Shown here: piece after piece, positions 59,045 through 64,000 of the stretch
Numbering within the stretch: position 1 is the stretch's first letter
How the letters are laid out: each line of letters opens with the position of its first letter
Assembly: GCA_002269645.1 (NCBI GenBank)
Contig: NIVC01000068.1
Location: 310,001 to 374,000, forward strand
Direction of reading: 5' to 3'
Origin: Macrostomum lignano
Taxonomy: Eukaryota
Length of the DNA stretch: 64,000 bases
Translations under genes and position numbers: made by a program
The notes under the pieces: model-generated
Seen by the model: only the letters and a program-made list of their open reading frames with translations
The model's database searches: none
Told to the model about the DNA's origin: nothing

Positions 59045-59692
59045 TCAGTCAACAAGCAGTTCCCAAGCGGACAGTGACTCAACAACGTGCACCCCAGCAG
59101 CCTGCACAGCTTCCATAGCCTGCTGATCGGCTGACTGACACCGAGAGTCCAATCCGCAGCTGGGACAGTGCCTCGGCTCGCCAGACTCCATGTACAGGGC
59201 CAGACAGGCTGAGCACATTGGCCTACCATTGGACAATCGAGACGCGCACAAAGACCTAACTAGAGCCAAGCGAATATTAGCGGGCAATCGTTCTCGTAAT
59301 CTACAAACCGAATGCCTAATACTAGACGTCAATGGTCCGCCGCCAATGTAAATTGTATCTAGGCGATATTCGCGAATCAGCCGCCACAGATACTGCATGA
59401 CAACAACCGAAGCGCATAGATTGGTGCCAGATTTAGGCAGAGCTGTCAGCTGCCTGGTTTCGAGTAGCCTAGCCAAGCCTGGATAAAGATCAGATGGCCG
59501 GCTGGGCCCGGCGCCGTGATGCCGCAGGTCGAACAGGGTGTACACTAAAAGTACACGATCGGGAGGCAGGCCCGGGCTGCCAACCAGCTGACTTGCCCGT
59601 TCGTAGGCGGCGAGAATTGGCGCAGCCTCAGTGGCTGGCCAATTAGCCAGAAAGGCTGTCTGACAATCTACTAATAGTAGTAGCTTGGTCAT
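59045..59692 (-). CDS. Isochorismatase/nicotinamidase-fold (cysteine hydrolase-like) protein with a C4 zinc-finger-like insertion, 215 aa, intronless
   Basis: LLLVDCQTAF (catalytic Asp motif), LPKSG (Lys), LDTIYIGGGPLTSSI (nucleophile loop), C-terminal AMEAVQAAGVHVV helix-strand typical of the fold. Confidence 0.7.
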   Translation of the reverse strand: MTKLLLLVDCQTAFLANWPATEAAPILAAYERASQLVGSPGLPPDRVLLVYTLFDLRHHGAGPSRPSDLYPGLARLLETRQLTALPKSGTNLCASVVVMQYLWRLIREYRLDTIYIGGGPLTSSIRHSVCRLRERLPANIRLALVRSLCASRLSNGRPMCSACLALYMESGEPRHCPSCGLDSRCQSADQQAMEAVQAAGVHVVESLSAWELLVD

Positions 59693-60924
59693 GAATCAGA
59701 TTTAAACACACAATCTGTATTGATATTCTTGCATTAAATTGCTTAGATTAGTTGATTAAGCAAATTTGGGCATATCTGTGTTCGAATGCAGGATGCTAAA
59801 TTGAAAACCACAATGCCAGGTGACATCAGTCAAAATTTTCTAAGTCAACTAAAACACATTGCAGTGATTGCACTTGGCCAGTCCATGCATGTGACATTCA
59901 TTCCACAGTGAAAATATGTTGCGGCACATTTTCTATTCAAAGCATTAATGTATGAGCTATATTTTTTTCCTTTTTGGAAACCATTTTTTCAACAAATTTT
60001 TATCCTATTGCATTTGTTTATAGGCCTACATACAAATTTTAAGCTTTGAAAATACACTATATAGCATTTAATTATTTTTACACTCTTTGGTATGCTATTT
60101 AGCTTTTTCTTCAATGCATAAACAATTTTATATATATCTAAATCAAAATCAACTTTTAATATTGTCAACTACAATGTGTCTACGGAAATATCAGTAGTCC
60201 ACTGAAATCCATCCAATCAATGTCCACTCATTGGCACTTCCTATCCTTTCACTGATACTTCTTGTCTACTTACTGATATCTATTTACTTACCCATGAATC
60301 TTGTCTACTTACTGATGCCTTCTGTCCACTTATTGACACGATCTGTCTATCTACCAACATCTTCAAAATAAAAATATATATATTTTTTAGTGTTACAATT
60401 TTCTTGTATATAAAACTTCTGCACATTTCTTTCTGGGTAGGCCCTATGTTTGCCTCTTTAAAAAACTAAAGAACCATAGAGATATAGTATATTAAAAATT
60501 ATAATATGTTACTTCTATATCATTTTTGGATTCAGCCTTTATGGCTTGGTTTCTAAATTATTTTACCTTTGAAAAAAATCAAATTATTTGTCAAAAATTA
60601 TATACTTATAATAATTTATATTGTACAAATAGGCTTCTTGCCAAAATGTCCCTATAGTAAACATTTTGTCCCCAATATCAAGCTGATTTAAGGCAATTAT
60701 TGCAGCCAAAAAACACATTTATCTAAAAATTTGTTGCCAAAATGATTAGTATCTAATACCTATATTGGGCACATAGGCTTAAATGAATATTAAGTTTGCA
60801 AAATTATAACATGATAAAATGTTGTTAAAATTTGGTCACTCTGTTAGGCCTATCCATGCCTTTTTGCAGCCAAGATCTAAATCAAGCCAAAAACTCCCTT
60901 TTTGTGCCAGTCTATAGTCTAGAG

Positions 60925-61514
60925 CAGGGGTCGACAAACTTACTTCAAGAGCCAGATAAAAAACTTGATCATTGCTGTAGGCCAGATGAGAGTGAAAAAG
61001 AGATGGGAAGGGGAATTTCAATAGAAAATGAGATATGACAAAATAGAAGGATGATGAAAAGTGAGATGAGAGAAGATATATAAAATAGAAAATAAAAGAG
61101 AGAAGTGAGAAGAGATAATATAAGAGGAGAGAAGAAAAGAAGTAGATGGCAAGAAAAAAGAAAGGAGAGGAGAAGAAAAGAAGAAGAAAAGAAATAGATG
61201 GCAGGAGAAAAGAGATAAGAGGAAAAAAGAGATGAGAGGAATAAAAAGATGATAGAACAGAGGAGATGAGAGAAAATAAGAAATTAGAGATAAGAAGAGA
61301 AGAGAAGAAAGGAAAGAAGAAAGAAGAAGGGAAAAGAGAGAAAAGAAGAGAAAAGAGATGAGAGGAAAGAGATGGGAGAGAAACTAGAAGAGACACTAAC
61401 CTTAAGTGGGCAAGATTACTATTGTGAAGTTTCAAAGGACACAAGAACCAGATGGAAAGGCTTTATAGCCTATAGGCTACATGTGGCCTGCAGGCCAAAG
61501 TTTGTCAACCCTTG
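60925..61514. mobile_element. hAT (Charlie/Buster-like) non-autonomous element, 590 bp, with GA-rich interior
   Basis: TIRs CAGGGGTCGACAAACTT / AAGTTTGTCAACCCTTG (15/17 match); perfect 8-bp TSD GTCTAGAG at 60917-60924 and 61515-61522. Confidence 0.9.
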
Positions 61515-62307
61515 GTCTAGAGGTTTAAGATGTTGCAACTTGCAACAATAAACTATTAATATAAATATAAATAAATAAGGTTTCTTATGAGTTATAATTA
61601 GGGCCTATAGGCTTAGCTATATATTGCATTGTGAATTTTGCATGCTAACAATTACTTTTCTATTCTAGTTACAAACTGGCATTTGAATTCTAGTAGGCTA
61701 TACATTGCCATGTGCCACGCCACTATTGTGTGAAGGCTAGGCCTAAGAAGCCTATATTATAGGGGGTGGCCCACATAACACCCCTGATTTTAAAGTAAAA
61801 TGTTAATAACTTGTCATTTTTGCAACTGCCATTCTGCAAACCAATGTTGACAAAATCTTAATATAACATTGCCATAAGCATAGCATTAATTATATTTGCA
61901 AAATTTACGTATGCCAGCAGCACCTTAGCACTTATACTCACACACAAAACTAGTATGGCATAGTGAATGAGGTGCATGCTAATGCCTACAACTTGCTTTT
62001 TTATAGTTAGTAAATCAGAAGACAGAGTAGGCCCCTAGTTCATAGTTGAATAAGATTATGATTAGTAGGCTATTGTGAGCATTGCACACATGCGCAATCT
62101 CCTAAATTCAGTTGGCTGTGCAACTTATTTTTAACAAAAAATGTGATAGTTTTTGGCCAAAAGTGCAATTTACATATAAAAGAAACCCTAAAGCAAAATT
62201 AAATTAATGCAACTTTGGGTAAATGGCAGGAATAACTATGAATGTCTTATTAAGGTAAAATGCCTGGTTATATACTTAGTAGGCCTACTTACTCACTTAC
62301 TACTTAA

Positions 62308-64000
62308 CCTCTATTTGACTGCAGTTTTAGGCGCTTATAACCGTTCCCGACGGATAGGCCGAAAACAGCCATAGACAGTTTTCAAATTTATGATCATAAA
62401 TGTTGCTGCTACCACTGTTCCCGCCTATAGTCTCGCTTAAATTTAGTGTCTGTTCGCTTATTTAATTCATTTATACGGACTGCTTTATATGAGCATTTTA
62501 CTTTTAGTTTAGTTTTGACTAGTTATGGATCTCATTTACACGTCGGACTCGGACAATTTTCTCACTGACGACGAGGATGGATCGTTTTATTTTGATGAAG
62601 AGCCAGGTGAGGATGGTGAAAATGTTGAAAGCGCCAGCAGCTCAGATGAGGACGTCGAAATGGAGGAAGAACACGAGTGGCACCAAGCTATCGAAGGGAC
62701 GGACGACAAGCCCACGGCTGTCCCAGAGTTCATGGGCACCCTAGGTTTTCGGCCGGACTGGGTACCACCACAATCAGCGAATGGCAGTGAGTCAGAGTTT
62801 TTGCATCAATACCTAACCGACGAGCTGTTCGAAAACATTGCAAGGTGGACGAACGAACGGGCCTGGAGTTTCACTCAGGAAAGGTCAGCTGATGAGTTAC
62901 CAAATGTTGTGTCTACATGGAAGGATTGCAGTGTTGACGAGGTGAAGAAGCTGATCGGCATCGTGTTGCTTATGGGCATTGATGACAAGCCGGAGATCAG
63001 CTCATACTGGGAAAAGGATCCTGTGTACCACTGCACGTTTCTGGCTCAGCCACATTCACTTTCGCGCGATTGTTTCAAGCAGATTCTCTCCTGCCTTCGC
63101 TTTTACAGTAGCGCTGGTCCCGCTCCCCAAAGCCCTGTAGACAAAATCTCTCCATTCCTTGCACTTGTGCAGCACGCCTGTCGGAACAACTACATGCCCG
63201 ATCAGAATCTATCAATTGACGAGACTCTGGTCATGTACAAAGGATGGGTACAGTTTAGGCAGTACATTCCTTCTAAGAAGAGCAAGTATGGTATCAAGTT
63301 ATACTGCCTGTGTGAGGCCAAGTCTGGATACCTGTGGAACTTTGCCGTTCACACAATGCAGCAGGAGAATGCCAGGTTTGGTGCCGGAGTGGACTGTGAG
63401 GCCCTGTCCTTTAGTGAGCGAGTCGTAGCCGAGCTATGCCGCGACATTCTACATCTTGGCCATCGCATCTTCACCGACAGCTGGTTTACATCGTACCGAC
63501 TGGCTTCGTGGCTACTGGCCCGCGACACCATGCTGACTGGCACCATGCGCAAAGATCGTGGACCGCCGCCACTGCTGCGAGACACTAACCTGCACCCTAC
63601 GTCATCAGCATTCGCAAGGTGTGGCAACGTGCTGGCATGCAAGTTTGTAGACTCCAAGAACAGTGGCAAGAAGACTGTGTACTTGCTGGACATGGCAGGT
63701 AACGCGCAGTGCCACGATGTAGCCCGCGTTCGCCCTGGTGGTCAGCAGCAAGTGGTGGCGAAGCTGGTCAGCATCACCACGTACAGTCGTTGGATGGGTG
63801 GAGTGGACCGCATGGACTCTAACACGAGTCCCTACATAGCAAACCGCAAGTCGCTGCGCTGGTTCAACAAGCTGGCTTTCGATCTGATTGTGCTGCTTGT
63901 CCGCAACGCCTGGATCTTGTACAATTACCACGGCGGCAGCATGTCCTTCCTCCACTTCTTGCACAAGGCGTTAGATATTCTGGTTGCGGAAACCGGTGTT
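62308..64000 (+). mobile_element. piggyBac-family DNA transposon, left part
   Basis: TTAA at 62304-62307 followed by the CCT-type terminus CCTCTATTTGACTGCAG, then the transposase ORF. Confidence 0.8.
62525..64000 (+). CDS. piggyBac transposase (PGBD-like DDD), open to the window end (492 codons, no stop seen)
   Basis: Manual translation: acidic N-terminus, SIDETLV, RQYIPSKKSKYGIK, FTDSWFTS, GTMRKDR, MGGVDRMD, RWFNK. Absent from the ORF track because it runs off the edge. Confidence 0.92.
   Translation, partial: MDLIYTSDSDNFLTDDEDGSFYFDEEPGEDGENVESASSSDEDVEMEEEHEWHQAIEGTDDKPTAVPEFMGTLGFRPDWVPPQSANGSESEFLHQYLTDELFENIARWTNERAWSFTQERSADELPNVVSTWKDCSVDEVKKLIGIVLLMGIDDKPEISSYWEKDPVYHCTFLAQPHSLSRDCFKQILSCLRFYSSAGPAPQSPVDKISPFLALVQHACRNNYMPDQNLSIDETLVMYKGWVQFRQYIPSKKSKYGIKLYCLCEAKSGYLWNFAVHTMQQENARFGAGVDCEALSFSERVVAELCRDILHLGHRIFTDSWFTSYRLASWLLARDTMLTGTMRKDRGPPPLLRDTNLHPTSSAFARCGNVLACKFVDSKNSGKKTVYLLDMAGNAQCHDVARVRPGGQQQVVAKLVSITTYSRWMGGVDRMDSNTSPYIANRKSLRWFNKLAFDLIVLLVRNAWILYNYHGGSMSFLHFLHKALDILVAETGV

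Noticed and set aside
60836-61444. 202-aa hydrophobic Phe/Leu/Ser-rich ORF resembling a membrane protein
   Set aside because: Translation of the pyrimidine strand of the GA-rich MITE interior.
59810-62280. Large inverted-repeat element suggested by TTGCACTTGGCCA / TGGCCAAAAGTGCAA
   Set aside because: Similarity does not extend beyond about 13 bp; no TSD.

Overview
Animal (eukaryotic) genomic DNA with GC-rich exons, AT-rich intergenic DNA and introns filled with minisatellites. This pattern resembles a free-living flatworm such as Macrostomum (inference). All exon models were built by hand from GT-AG signals and recalled homology; no database search was run. Genes from left to right: the terminal exon of a follistatin/Kazal-repeat (agrin-like) protein; a 6-exon Derlin-2-like gene; a 14-exon TTC28 ortholog (minus strand, 5689-36167, about 2222 aa) whose intron 7 holds two intronless C-type lectin genes and whose intron 2 holds a candidate alternative first exon; a full-length intact non-LTR retrotransposon (LOA/R1-like; APE-RT-RNase H; 12-bp TSD); an AAMDC/Mth938 gene with an unexpected signal peptide; and three co-oriented minus-strand genes (EXO1, a single-domain chondroitin-synthase-family/CHPF-like gene, and an isochorismatase-fold protein with a C4 zinc-finger insertion). 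The window ends in a piggyBac transposase that runs off the edge. It also contains tRNA-derived SINEs, two MITEs and about 30 tandem arrays. The most unusual pattern is that many arrays start or end at a splice site, and their units repeat donor-, acceptor- or branch-point-like motifs on the sense strand of the host gene. Most long ORFs in the supplied track are artefacts of these arrays.
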